Origin: Antedon mediterranea
Lineage: Eukaryota > Animalia > Echinodermata
Length of the DNA: 64,000 bases
Assembly: GCF_964355755.1 (NCBI RefSeq)
Contig: NC_092672.1
Span: 3,472,001-3,536,000, forward strand
Direction: 5' to 3'
A model generated the notes under the pieces. It was not told where the DNA came from. It searched no databases and saw only the letters and a list, made by a program, of their open reading frames with translations. The translations under genes and the position numbers were made by a program. This document shows positions 43,301 to 53,900 of this stretch, one piece after another; position 1 is the stretch's first letter, and every line of letters starts with the position of its first letter.

Positions 43301-46300
43301 GAGAAATGAGACGGAACAAATGCTAATATGAAAATCAATTTGTAATATTAAACGCCTTTGGCGGTGATTTTTGTACCATTGTTTGTAACAAAGTAGACTA
43401 TCATTGTACAGTAATTACTGTAACAATACATATACAGTAGGGTACAGTACCATTTGATGTTCAAACACAAATTTGAAGATGATAAGTATTAAATACTAGT
43501 ATAATTGTTTACTATATTTCTTAATTTTATTTATTTATTTATTATGTTTTTAAATATTATTTTTGATGCGTCCAACTTAACTTGGTCGGTCTGTAATCAA
43601 TTAATGGTTTCTAACTTGAATGCTTCATTTGTATAATCAATTTCGTATATTTATCTGTAATTATTGTTTAAGTGATAATTTTTCTCCCGTGTGCTCGTCT
43701 GGGTATCCAAACTAAATACCGTTCTGATGATTAACGAAGGTGACCATATCCTAAAGTTTTCAACTTATTTGGTCACCTTCCACTCTCATCATACTTTTTT
43801 AAAATCTAAATATTTAAGTAAAATGTACATTGATGTGTGTGGAAAAGATTTAATAAACAAACAAACAAACAAACAATTAAAAGTGCATTGAGTGTAATAA
43901 CAATTTTGTTTAAATATTGCAGATCTTAACACCCTGCAAGTGTTACTTTGATTGGCTATGATGACAGACAAAGCAGGTCAAGTTTCAATTAAAGACCAAT
44001 TAACAATGACCTTTGCTTCTGGCTACAAATCTTGGTAAATTAGTAACATGATTTTGTGCCACTACCAATTAAAACTGAATAGTTGCATAAATAAGTAGGC
44101 CCACAGTACATTCAAATCTAACCAGTTGGTACTGCTGTATTATGGAACAAACAACATTTGGAAACATTTATAATTGTTTTTAGAGGTTATATGAATGATT
44201 TAATAATAGTTTTTTTTCTTTCATAATTGACTCATTTCCAATAAACTCTTGTTCTCATACTATAAGGTCAGGCGTCATTTATGATATCCCTTGTTGGGGA
44301 TAGGATAGTTTAGGATACATAACACAAGCTACCTACCTTTACATAATCACATGTATGGTATATCCTGAAAATCCAACCCTTCCACTAGATTAAAGCTGCC
44401 AGACTTAAAACACAGTGAACTAACCAAATTTGACTATCTTTAAACTTTTAAATACTATTTCTAAACTACCTGAAGCAATACAATAAACTGTATGACATCA
44501 GCTGTCATAAAAACTACACAAACCTAAACACAAAATCAAGCTAAAACATCCATTGCTATGACAACTCACTCCTAGATATTAGTTTTATTAATAGACCAAT
44601 ATCTCTAGTTTTTTCCCAGAAATTCTTTAGTACAAGTTTGTTTATATAGCTTTACTATAGTGGTAAACAGTCTGTAGGTAGATACCGCAAAGACCCTGGG
44701 GGCTTGGTTGTCTTACTAAGGCCCCGGTTAAAAGCTTTTTAGATGCGATGGTCTGACAAAAGTTACCAGAACAGGCACATTTCAACTATGTACTGTTTTG
44801 GGTTATTTGATGTTAGATAGTAAACAAAGTAACTATGTTATGTTATAATTTTCAGGTGGTGATACTTGATGGAATGGGTGGCATTTCGCCTGAAGAGTTT
44901 AAAAACACTGTAGCTCTAGAAAAATGTAGATTAATGCTAAAGTATAGTATGTAAAACAAAAGGCTTAAATCTTATTATTTTTAATAACAATTAAAATTCA
45001 GAATTAGCAACGAAGAACAAAGAGAGAGATGAGTGTTTCGCATCATGGAACCATTTTCAAGATCAAGTAAAAACAAAATAATCTTAAATGCACCATACAG
45101 ATATTATAATGCACTATGCATGCACTAAAGTACCAAAGTTAGTGTCAGGAAATGTTACTGCGGACTTATATTAAGAATCTATAATTGATTTAAATAACTT
45201 TAAAAGAAATATTATTAAAGAGAAGAAATATAGTAGCCCTAGCTACTGTACCTTTCAAACACTCAATTGACAGTGGGTCAGACTGGAATATGTTTTATGT
45301 CAAACCAGACCAACTTTCTACTTAAATAATTAAATTAAATCATATATACAATTCTCTCTGCAATCAACCAGTAAATAACTAATACAATAAATGTCAAAAA
45401 TATATTATAACCTTGCTTGATATATAATTTGAATCATCCTCTTCTTGCGAGCATATCATTTGTATGATTTGATTTAAGTAGTCTGCCCATTCATGAGCAC
45501 CCTATTAAATTACAACACATAAAGCTAGCCTTGTGCTCAAAACGTGCAACTTGGTCGCTATGTTTATACAACAGTGGTTTTCAAACGAAGGATAATCGAG
45601 TGAAATAATTACCCTTTTCTTTCCGATCATGGCATGAAAGTACACAGATATTTATCAGTTTAATATTCCAATAATAGATTTTAAAAATTATTTCAACCTT
45701 GGAATGACTTGCGCCAATATTTTCAGGAAATGTTGTAAACCAGTCATAAAGGTGATTTTAAATTGTTCTATTAAATTTCATAATTGCACAATATTGTAAA
45801 AGACGTAGAGAAAATAAAAAAGAGGGATAAAAATTATCACTACCAACCAAAGGAGTTTGTACCTAAATTGCTACTATGACAACAAAACAATTTAGGAAAT
45901 TATAAAAATTACATTACCAAACGTTAAGGTCAATGAACTTTGATAAGCCAAGTAAATAAACCAGTCTCAAACAAAAATAATTCCTGGTAGACTGGTGATG
46001 GTGAATGAAAATGTTTACATTATAAAGACCACAAAAAGGTCATACAAAGTTCATGAGAGAAATAAGCAACTTCGTACTGTACCCCTTTAATTCATGAACA
46101 AATGTTATGTTTTTTTAATCAATCCAAAATAATGCCAGCCTACAAAACAAAACAAAACAAAAATAATAATAATTTATTTCAGGGGAAGTATTTTCATAAT
46201 TTAATGAAAGATCCTTGTGTCATCTGCCACAAATTATATAGTCTGATCCTATTTATTTATTTTTAAATAAAAAGTAAACAAAAATATTATAGAAAGGCAA

Positions 46301-49300
46301 ACATTATTCTATCATAACTTTAACCAAGTAAATATTACTTGTGTGTCATATTGTTTGTAAACAAAAACGTTTATAATAGGGAAATATTATTCAATTATTA
46401 TTAACTTTAAACCAGGGAATAGTGAATGTCACCCTTCCCTGCTTTCCACCAAGTAAATCATACTTTTGTCTTTAATTGTGAATTAAAAAGAATTGTGAGT
46501 AAAGTGAGGGTATTCTTTTTTTAGTCATTTTTTTAGGTCAAGGTCTGGATTACCAAATAAAATGAAAATCAATTAAAGATAACTATTATTGCACCCATAT
46601 ATGGTCAATACAACCATTGTTTGGAAAAGATTAAATTGTACAATTTTATTTCATCAATAAAGATAAAATCTTTTCATCCTCTCTAAATTTAAAAGGAGTG
46701 TTAACAGGGGCCCAGTGTACTATACTTTGTTCAACAAGTTTATTCATTGTTATCCAATATACAATTTACCAATACAATTCTTGTACAAGTATTTTATTTC
46801 CTAAATAAAATAACGATTCAATTTTGCCTTTATGTATTTTTTAAAATACAGATGTGAAGGCAGGGAGATAAAAAAAATTGCAAAGCTTGCATTATAAGCC
46901 AGATATTATAATTAATAAATGAATAAATAAATACAATTTTTTCTTTTGTCGCAGCTCCATTCAAAACTGTGTTTTTTAACTTTTTTTTTTATGAATCACA
47001 CAGCAAAAGTTTGTAATCTGGTTTACTTAAATGTCTGCAATCAAGTTATTCATGATATTTATTTTATAAATTTTAAAATTATACTTTATTTTATATAAAC
47101 CATCATTAAAAACCCAATAATATACAAATACCTTATAATCGTCATAAAACAACAAACATATAATTTTGTTAAATTTAAAAATAGAATGAAGAAATTGCCC
47201 TTGGCATAGACAGAAAATGAAGATTTAAAATGTGTTTATCTGATTAAATGAAGCTTCAACCTTCTATCTGCTCAATACATACACGCCTCACTGCATACCA
47301 ACCCAAACAGAAGGAAAATTACAGGATACTCAGGTGCCTCGTTATACTGCATTAGAAGCTCATAATTTCATAATACAAGTGATAATATTACATTGATAAA
47401 TATTTTAATAGATTTACTAATTGGGGGGGGGGGGGGAGGGGTCACTTGTATACAAACCAGCAGACACTTTGAGACATGAGGCACATGAGGCTATCTGTTT
47501 TACTGAAAAATAGTATGGACGTATTGGCCTACTAAATAACTTATATAGGAGTTTTCATATTTCATCATTTCATTTCAACTTTTTTTTTGTTATATATCAA
47601 ACAGAAAGGAATTAAATGAAGACAGATAAGTTAATAATTTAAGGTAGGGCAGGCTTGCAAGGTTAGCTACACAGACAGGGATGTAAATAATCTACTAAAG
47701 CTATTGACTCAAAAAAACCGAAGAGGATTCTCGATGCTGAGAAAAGGTTTCTTTTTCATCTTTAAAAAACGTGAGAATTGGAGATTAATTTTCCAATTTT
47801 CATCTATAGTACAAGTATTACTAAAGTACACTGTATAAGTAATGGAAACGATCATCTACTGTTACATTACAAACAGATTGAAGTCTTTCAATGTATGGAT
47901 GGATGACTAGAATAATAAATCTTTAGTACACTCTTGATCTTTTATGATCAATCTGAATGTATCTCACCCTGGATGGTTGGATCAGGGAGAATCCCTGGTT
48001 TGATGTTGAAAAGGGAGAGGGAAGGGTTTATAGAGGAAGTACAGAGTTGTCACATACAACAAATCAAAAGATTTTGGGGTAAAAGATTTTGGGGTAGGTT
48101 TCACATTTAAAGAACTGGTGTAATATAAATAATTATATATTTATATATAATTAATTCTGCTTTAACAATTTAGTAATGGTCTTAATATTTGGTGTTTTTT
48201 AGTGTTTGTGTATGTAATCTACCTTATGCTTCTGTTTGTTTTTGTGTCCAATATTTTATGATTGTTGATTTATGATTTTAAATTGCAATTAAAAAAAATG
48301 ATTCATTCATTCGTATAGAAAGAATGTTCACAGGTACTGTAATTTACATCCTTGTGAGTGAGTGGCCGAGCGGTTAAGACAGTGGAACCGTAATCACGTA
48401 GCCATAACATCGGCAGGGGTTCGAGGCTCACTCACTCCATGGTTCTGGTGGTAGAACGAGTCTTCTCGGATAAGGACTATAAACCGTAGGTCCAGTGTAC
48501 ACAACTTGCTCGTGTGCACTTTAAAGAACCTAGTACATCTTTCGAGACGAGTAGGGGGTTACCCCGGTGTATTAGTACATCACAGCCACTGATCACCAAC
48601 TGGGCCCTCTGGGAGATCAGTCTTTGACTGAAGAGGTCACCCAGTATAAAGATAAAACAAACAAACAAACAAGTTACTTAAACAGACATGAATATTGACG
48701 CTGAATACTTGTACAACAAACTAAGTCAATAGCAAGACATAATTGTATTATGAATGTATAGTAAACATTTAGTATGATCTTAAGTAAACAACTAAAACAC
48801 GTTCCTTAAATAACTGTACATGTTGTTAAACATTGAATGTTATAAACATGTTCTATGTATGATTTTTTTTATATTTTATTTCATCATCACCCTACAGTGA
48901 CCATACATCACCATTAACCTGTCGCCATTAACCGGGTTGAAAGACATTTTTTTAAATAGAATGAATTTGGCAGGTGAAATATATATAAACTTGGTTAGGC
49001 TCCAGGAACTTCTTTTTCTTAAAGGGTCTTCAAAAAATATAAACATTAACAGAAAAAAAATAATTTTAAATTAAAACAATTTGTGTTATTAAATAATAGG
49101 CCCTACATATTTTTAGGTTGCATGGAAAAACATTAATTGAAAAGTTAAAATTAAAAATTACACACAAAATATAATTAAAAATCACCATACATTATTTATT
49201 CCATGCTCTATAATTGATTGGATTGTAATTGTACTTTACAAGAAAGCTCCAGTTCATATATAAAAATGTATTTCAAAAAAATGTCAACAGGAGCAAAAAC

Positions 49301-49519
49301 TCTTTGCCATGCCCATCTCCCAGGACCCTGGCAGACGACAACTCTACATACATACATACAGCAGGCAGGGTCCAGGCGGCCTACTACTTCCAGCCTACTT
49401 TCCTGTCAAAAGAAGCGCGTATTTTAACTTGTGATAAAAACTGATGTTCGTTACCTAACTTTACGAACCTTTTCTTTAAGAACAGCTTCACCAAGACCTT
49501 CATATTCTCGTAGATCCAT
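7333..49519 (-). CDS. SMTN: Smoothelin-like protein (five smoothelin repeats, long acidic/Ser-rich linkers, C-terminal calponin-homology domain), about 1785 aa
   Basis: Phase-consistent exons in transcript order: 49519-49469, 42182-41934, 34471-34396, 34172-33214, 32309-32234, 30419-30316, 28590-28447, 27773-27698, 27503-27312, 27140-27003, 26876-25545, 25261-24678, 16516-16403, 15431-15356, 12490-12053, 11026-10973, 9869-9762, 9604-9508, 9372-9174, 8300-8149, 7471-7333 (5358 nt incl. TGA). N-terminus MDLREYEGLGEAVLKEKLKSCKDISERCYIRAAIRR resembles the smoothelin N-terminus; CH domain SIKAKLLDWCK..ENFSRSWNNGMAFCAVIHHFYP..RRRNFDLAF..PLLDTDDM..PDWKCVFTYVQSLY. Confidence 0.9.
7894..8032. mobile_element. 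MITE family 1 (TIR AAGCTCTGTCTACACTATCAAACT), degenerate copy
   Basis: AGCTCCGTCTACACTATAAAACT ... AGTTTGATAGTGTAGACAGAGCTT|TA. Confidence 0.8.
8331..8447. mobile_element. MITE family 1, internally deleted copy
   Basis: AAAGCTCT start, core GTGATGTGCCCATATATGGACATGATGATGTCATATCA, end TTGATAGTATAGACA. Confidence 0.7.
8638..8803. repeat. Tandem duplication of about 82 bp
   Basis: ATTGTATTTATCATAGGGAGGATGCCTGACACCCCTCAAATACAA...GTTAAGGAACCTG occurs twice in tandem. Confidence 0.85.
10048..10206. mobile_element. MITE family 1, full-length copy
   Basis: TA|TAGCTCTGTCTACACTATCAAACTA ... TAGTTTGATAATGTAGACAGAGCTT|TA with internal ATCACTACCATATTTGGG units. Confidence 0.85.
10694..10833. mobile_element. 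Short dispersed repeat, hAT-MITE-like (CAGGG...CTG)
   Basis: Shares CTTTTTCACAGAGGC..TGACAACCCAGTGGCTTGAACAGAGATT..TTCTTGTGGCTA with 51183-51326. Confidence 0.6.
11478..11598. mobile_element. MITE family 1 copy
   Basis: TCTACACTATC ... CCCATATATGG ... CCATATTTGGGCACATCACAC ... GATAGTGTAGACAG. Confidence 0.75.
11632..11932 (-). mobile_element. tRNA-derived SINE, family A (Deu/Nin-domain-like)
   Basis: Near-identical inverted copy of 48352-48672; A box and GGTTCGAG B box on the minus strand. Confidence 0.85.
12643..13294. mobile_element. Non-autonomous DNA transposon, PIF/Harbinger-like
   Basis: ATT|GGGCGTGTTTCTGCTGC ... GCAGCAGAAACAGGGCC|ATT (17-bp imperfect TIR, 3-bp duplication); internal TIR-like echoes near 12717 and 13099. 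Confidence 0.65.
13342..13870. repeat. Local tandem duplications (about 47 bp x2; about 120 bp x2.5)
   Basis: CTGACTTTGAATGTCAAGTAC..CTGAAAGGTTT twice; CTAAATGCTGTACATTCTTTTAAAGTTAAAA..TAATACATTGT three times. Confidence 0.8.
17711..17876. mobile_element. MITE family 1, inverted copy
   Basis: AAGCTCTGTCTACACTATCGAACTA ... TAGTGTAATAGTGTATAGACAGAGTT; interior is the reverse complement of the 10048 copy. Confidence 0.85.
26205..26372 (-). repeat. Coding 18-bp tandem repeat (PDDDST) within smoothelin exon 11
   Basis: TGGTGTGGAATCATCATC units on + strand; protein TPDDDSIPDDDSTPDDDSTPDDDSTPDDDTTPDGTTPDNDSTPDDDTT. Confidence 0.9.
27928..28087. mobile_element. MITE family 2
   Basis: TA|AAGCTTGGTTCCCACTAC ... 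CTAGTTGGAACCAAGCTT. Confidence 0.8.
28786..29085 (+). mobile_element. tRNA-derived SINE, family B (CORE-like body, L2-type tail)
   Basis: Head GCGTGTGG..GTTCGAATCC, body CCCAGGTGTACAAATGGGTAC, tail ACGCTTTATAAAT..(TAT)n; homologous to 39295-39605. Confidence 0.8.
30703..30943. mobile_element. MITE family 1 copy with internally expanded 21-bp tandem array
   Basis: TIRs CTCTGTCTACACTATCAAACTA / TAGTTTGATAGTGTAGACAGAG flank six CCATATTTGGGAATATCACTA-type units (30779-30893). Confidence 0.9.
31154..31473. repeat. Tandem duplication of about 162 bp
   Basis: GTACATTGCAAAGGTTAACAATTTAAA..CAAACATTAGCCAAA..GAATAAACAG occurs twice. Confidence 0.85.
34597..34737. mobile_element. MITE family 3 (TIR AAGGCCAATTTACACAGA)
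   Basis: TA|AAGGTCAATGTACACAGAC ... GTCTGTGTATATTGGCCAT; interior shared with 39081-39877. Confidence 0.7.
37478..37625. mobile_element. MITE family 1, decayed copy
   Basis: AAACTTTATGTGACAAAAAATG..CATATCACTACCATATTT..TAGTGTAGACAAAGC. Confidence 0.65.
38241..38510. mobile_element. Degenerate hAT-type MITE
   Basis: CAGTGGCGGATCCAG ... GATCCAGCCACTG termini similar to the 55954 element; no target duplication left. Confidence 0.5.
39081..39877. mobile_element. MITE family 3 copy carrying nested insertions
   Basis: AAGGCCAATTTACAGAC ... TCTGTGTAAATTGGCCTT|TA; the two halves match the 34597 copy and are separated by about 590 bp including a SINE. Confidence 0.65.
39295..39605 (+). mobile_element. 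tRNA-derived SINE, family B, with target-site duplication
   Basis: GCGTGTGGCGCAGTG A box, GGTTCGAATCC B box, CCCAGGTGTATAAATGGGTACC, tail GGGCGCTATATAAAT..(TAT)n; flanked by TTAATTCAGCCTTGTG at 39279-39294 and 39606-39621. Confidence 0.9.
41483..41904 (+). mobile_element. hAT transposon remnant (decayed transposase C-terminal fragment plus right terminus)
   Basis: RQQYRSNHPGDTVE..LLDHLQTKLKTRLS..YDDLP..LHSDLQRWK resembles the RQxHRxN..PxLDxxxxxLxxRFS..DDLP..ELxxW region of Tip100/THAP12-like transposases; followed by a GC-rich subterminus and GGCTGCGCCCCTG end. Confidence 0.6.
42295..42445. mobile_element. MITE family 2
   Basis: GCGTGGTTCCCACTAGAGACGCAACGCAA ... TTGCGTTGAGTCCTAGTGGGAACCAAGCTT; appears inserted into another short repeat (GGGGACA..TGTCCCTT family also near 39900, 42510 and 54630). 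Confidence 0.8.
48352..48672 (+). mobile_element. tRNA-derived SINE, family A (Deu/Nin-domain-like)
   Basis: TGGCCGAGCGGTTAAG A box, GGTTCGAG B box, body TCGGATAAGGACTATAAACCGTAGGTCC..TTAAAGAACC..GAGTAGGGGGTTACCCCGGTGT, (AAAC)n tail; second copy at 11632-11932. Confidence 0.85.
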
Positions 49520-50154
49520 TGCAGTTTTGCAATTGAAAAATCCGATTTTATTCGGTAAAAAAATAAGATTCCGAATATTATAGTCTTCTACCAGCCAGAC
49601 ACCAACCACCTGTCTGTGTGTGAGATGAGGACTTTTAGCTGAGTTTGTTCTTAATCAATTTGTTACAATGGACGCCTAGAGAGGGCGGAGTTCCATAACA
49701 AATTGTACTGTACTGGATTTTATACGATCTTGTTATGTCACCGATTTAGTGTTTTAAATAAAAACAAATGTGATAGAAATTACATTATTATTATAAAATC
49801 ATTATTAGTGATAGACAGACCGATGTTTGTCCCCAAAACATGAAACTCATGACTTTTTATTATACTGTATTACTGTACCACATTGTAGTTTTAATTCAGT
49901 TATTTCCTTCTTCCCAAACAATGTACACAAATTTAAAAATTAATAGACAAATATGACGGAAGTACAGACTCTGATAACAATTTAAACAAAGTATGATTTA
50001 TTCACCCGTATTCTATGAATATTAATTCTGAAAACAATGGTAAAAACAAATGTGGAACTCTAGTTTTGTTTTTCATTATTACTAACAAATGTGAAGGATT
50101 ATTTAACAAGTTTATGACATTATTGCTATCATTTAACTTTATTTTATAATGTAA

Positions 50155-50198
50155 ATATATATATATATATATATATAAATGTTCGGTTCAATGTAACC

Positions 50199-50230
<32 letters not shown>
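50155..50230. repeat. (TA)n microsatellite, interrupted
   Basis: Two TA runs separated by AATGTTCGGTTCAATGTAACCGTC. Confidence 0.9.
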
Positions 50231-50234
<4 letters not shown>

Positions 50235-50341
50235 ACAAGAGGCAAAGAACATTAATTCTAAACTGCCCGGTGATATACTGAAATTTAATTAATTAATTTG
50301 AAACGATAAAGATGAGGAAATCTGTGAGAATGAGAAAAAGT

Positions 50342-50413
50342 CGCCCCAACCGAGACTCGAACTCGGACCGCCTGCTTGATATGCAGCTGTCCTAACCATT
50401 AGACCACTGGGGC
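50342..50413 (-). tRNA. tRNA-like sequence, anticodon ATC (Asp); probably a pseudogene or repeat-associated
   Basis: Minus strand GCCCCAG TG GTCTAATGGTTAGGAC A GCTGC ATATCAA GCAGG CGGT CCGAG TTCGAGT CTCGG TTGGGGC G, then ACTTTTT: 7-bp acceptor stem, D arm, 4/5-bp anticodon stem, perfect T arm, Pol III terminator. Confidence 0.5.
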
Positions 50414-50945
50414 TTTCATGGTATTGATACTAACTATACTCACTAAATTGATTGAAAAGGTGTAAAAATACATTGTTCCAATCACATTGCAGTGAAAGTA
50501 GGAAGATCCATATACTGTATACGGTAACTTGCATATTCAACAGTTACAAATTAAATTTAGTAACAATGATTTGGTCATATTTGAATAAATAAATAAATTG
50601 GTTAGTTTAATAGTAGAATACTGAAGTAAACTTTCAACAAAAGAAATGTTAGGTTATACAAAATTAAAAAAGAAAAAATAATTTACAAGTTTAGGTACAA
50701 AATGAGTATATTGAACCCATTTAAAGTCAGGAATGTATGCAGTGCCGCAGAGCTACAGTAGGGCTTGCTCTCCCCAAGCTGAAATTAATTAATGAACTCA
50801 TTTTTGATATAATGTTATATGTTATTTCTCTCCTGTTTAAAAAATCTTACATCCCCCTCCCACCACACGCCATTTAAACATATAAGCTTTAAACATTATT
50901 ATATCAGATCACTACAATTTGTACCATCTTCTCACTGACATGATG

Positions 50946-53900
50946 TTATGTTACAGTGGCATCTATCACATCATCATTCTCCATATCAAGGCTGTTCGGT
51001 GTTGATGTGATGTTCACTGGATCACCGTCAAAGCTTAGATTAATATTTTTCTCCGACACACCTATAAAATCACTGTACTGCTTTAAGAGCTTGCTAAAGT
51101 TGCTTGTCTGTGGAATAAAAAAATTATATGTACATCACATATATTGGTTCTGAAAAGAACTGTTGAGTTTCTCAACGTTTCGCAGGGCCGTAACCACCAG
51201 TACGGTTGGTAAGGTTTCAACCCTACTACTTTTTCACAGAGGCATATGACAACCCAGTGGCTTGAACAGAGATTGTTCACTTTTTGCGAAAACCGGGCCA
51301 TTTTAATTCTTGTGGCTACATTACTGTTTCAAACAATAAATGATGATCAGTTGTTTTACAAAAGTAATTCTTGGGTAGGATTCGAACCCATAACCTCCAC
51401 ATCACTAGCATGCATTTCATACAGAACCCCTACACCTGGCACTGAGCTTGTGCTGATGGCGGAAGATCACTAGGCTTAAGCCTAAAGAAGCATAGTAATC
51501 TGGCCCAACAGGATGTCATCAAATTATTTAACTAACTACTGGGAATTATGATCTTTAAACTACATTCTAGAAATGAGGCTGAAAACTGGACATTGTGGGT
51601 ATCATAAATAATTTGAATAATTTTAAACAAACCTTTGCAATTGATATTGTCGTGCAAGATGATTTAGCCAATCCCTGAATTTTAATACTAATCATCTGCT
51701 CTTGATCAACATGTTCAACCATAGAATTATTATTTTTAGCTTCCACAATTACACAATCTGAAAAAAAAAACAATTGTACCAATAATACAACCCAAAATGT
51801 ATGTTGGGATGTTTCTAGAAGATTGGACTGTCCCATTGCCAGGTAGGGAAACTTTCAATTCTTCTTTTCATATTGTTCTCTCATTTTAGGTTAAAGGGCT
51901 AATGTTGGTTTATCCAGGTTAAGCTAGCACAAAATAAACAAATACAACTTTAAATAAAAAAAAGTTTAAAGGTTTACAAAAAATTCATCTGTTCATATTG
52001 TTCCCCTCATTTCAGAGAAAACGGCTAATATTGGTTTATCCAGGTTAAGCTGGCACAAAATAAATAAAATACAATAAAAAAAAAAACATGTTTAAAGGTT
52101 TAACAAAAGTGTTTATATGCACACTCATTTTCAGAGAGAAGGGCTAATGTTGGTTTATCCAGGTAAGCTAAGCACAATATAAAACACAGGTTCAAACTTA
52201 CCAAGTATATGTGCTAGTTGTAGATTAAGTGAAGCGGGTGTGTCCGTCAGTTTAATGATTTGTTCGCCCCTCAACAACATAACCTGGTTCACATGGACAC
52301 CTTCATTTTCTGCTAACTCATCAAATACATTCTCAAAATTTTCCTCCTAAAAGAAAAAACGTAATCAGTTAAAAATAACAGACAAAATGCAAACTCAACC
52401 AAAATAAAAATTACAAACAAGACTTCATTAGCATACTGTAAATATATCATGATGCGATTTCTGTGTGAATGTTAATCTTGCTAAACTAAAATGATGATAG
52501 ATCATGATAGTTAAGTCACCATAGTTCATATGGACCAATTACTAAATTATTTAATATTTCAACATTTTAAAAGATTTATTTACTTAACAAGGTTTGAAGT
52601 TCAAGCAAATTTTAAATATGAATGCTGAATCACTCTCCACATTCAAACAACTCCTCAAATCCCCCCTTTTTAATTTGCACTTTCATAATTATTTGTTGTG
52701 CTTATTTCATTTTCTGTTGATTGTTGAGAACTAATTAGAGGCGCCCTACATTTTGCGCTATATTTGAACATATTATATAATTATAATCTGATGTGGCGTT
52801 CATAATGTATTTAATCAATTAAAAAACAAACCAACCATTCGCACAATTGTTCGATGTAATCCCGACTTGCTTCGTATTTTAACAACGATAGCTTTGCGTT
52901 GTTTCTTTGGACTTGGACTCTCGTCAATCAGGATTACCGGAGTAGCAGGACTCTCTTGAAATCTCCTTATACGGTAGTTATGAACAGCTTGACCAACATT
53001 CCTAAAAAAAAAATTATAATAATGAAATATAAAAATATAGATTTTACTACTACTGTACTTAGAGTCTATCCTCCTTGTGTTAAATGGAAGGGCTTAATTG
53101 TGTAAAGCTCTGTCTACACTATCAACCTTTATGTGACAAAAATGTGATGTGCCCATATATAGACATGATGATGTCATAACACTACACCATATTTAAACAT
53201 ATCACTACCACATTTGGGTACATCACACTTTTTTTGTCAAACTACAGTACTGTAGTTTGATAGTGTAGACAAGGCTTTAGTCAGTACTAAAATCAATGCC
53301 CAAGTCTACTTACTGTATAACCTGTGATAATTGTTGAGATGGCATCTGCTGTACACCTTCCAATTCTGGTGGTGGAGTTGGAGGTGAGGGTGATCCTCTG
53401 CTCTGTTGACTACTAAAAGAGAAAAAAAAGTACCACTTAAGTTGATGTCTACTCTACGACCTATGCTTATTGTGTCGTTGGTTGTTGACCTGAACCTATA
53501 AGATCTGCCAAAACTGTATTGAGGAATTACGCACACAGTGAATTGACATGACATTGAAAAGCAAATTGAAAGCTTTTTAAAATGTAGTCACCCTGGTCCC
53601 GATGATGAATTTGACAGGAGAGTCATCCTCTTATGGAATGCTCTGCCTACGGATGTAGTTTCATGTGCTACGGTGAACTCGTTTAAAACAAAACTTAACG
53701 TCGCATGGTCCAACCACCCGCTTAAGTTTTCACCTTATATTGAATATGATTTGATCGTTAAGAGGGGCAGTGCGTTGCCTTCGATCCCGTAAACAAAAGT
53801 GTACGGGAAACAAGTAAACAAGTAAGGCTGGCACAACGCATCCAGATAAAACCCCTAAATACCACCTCTAAACTTGAATATGCTATGGAAAGTGGAGGAG

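Noticed and set aside
43560-43745. Possible decayed reverse-transcriptase fragment on the minus strand
   Set aside because: Only vague similarity with stops and no diagnostic motif; not supportable without a search.
49681-49724. GC box and TATA-like motif upstream of the smoothelin ATG
   Set aside because: Their order and spacing do not define a consistent TSS, and such motifs are common by chance.
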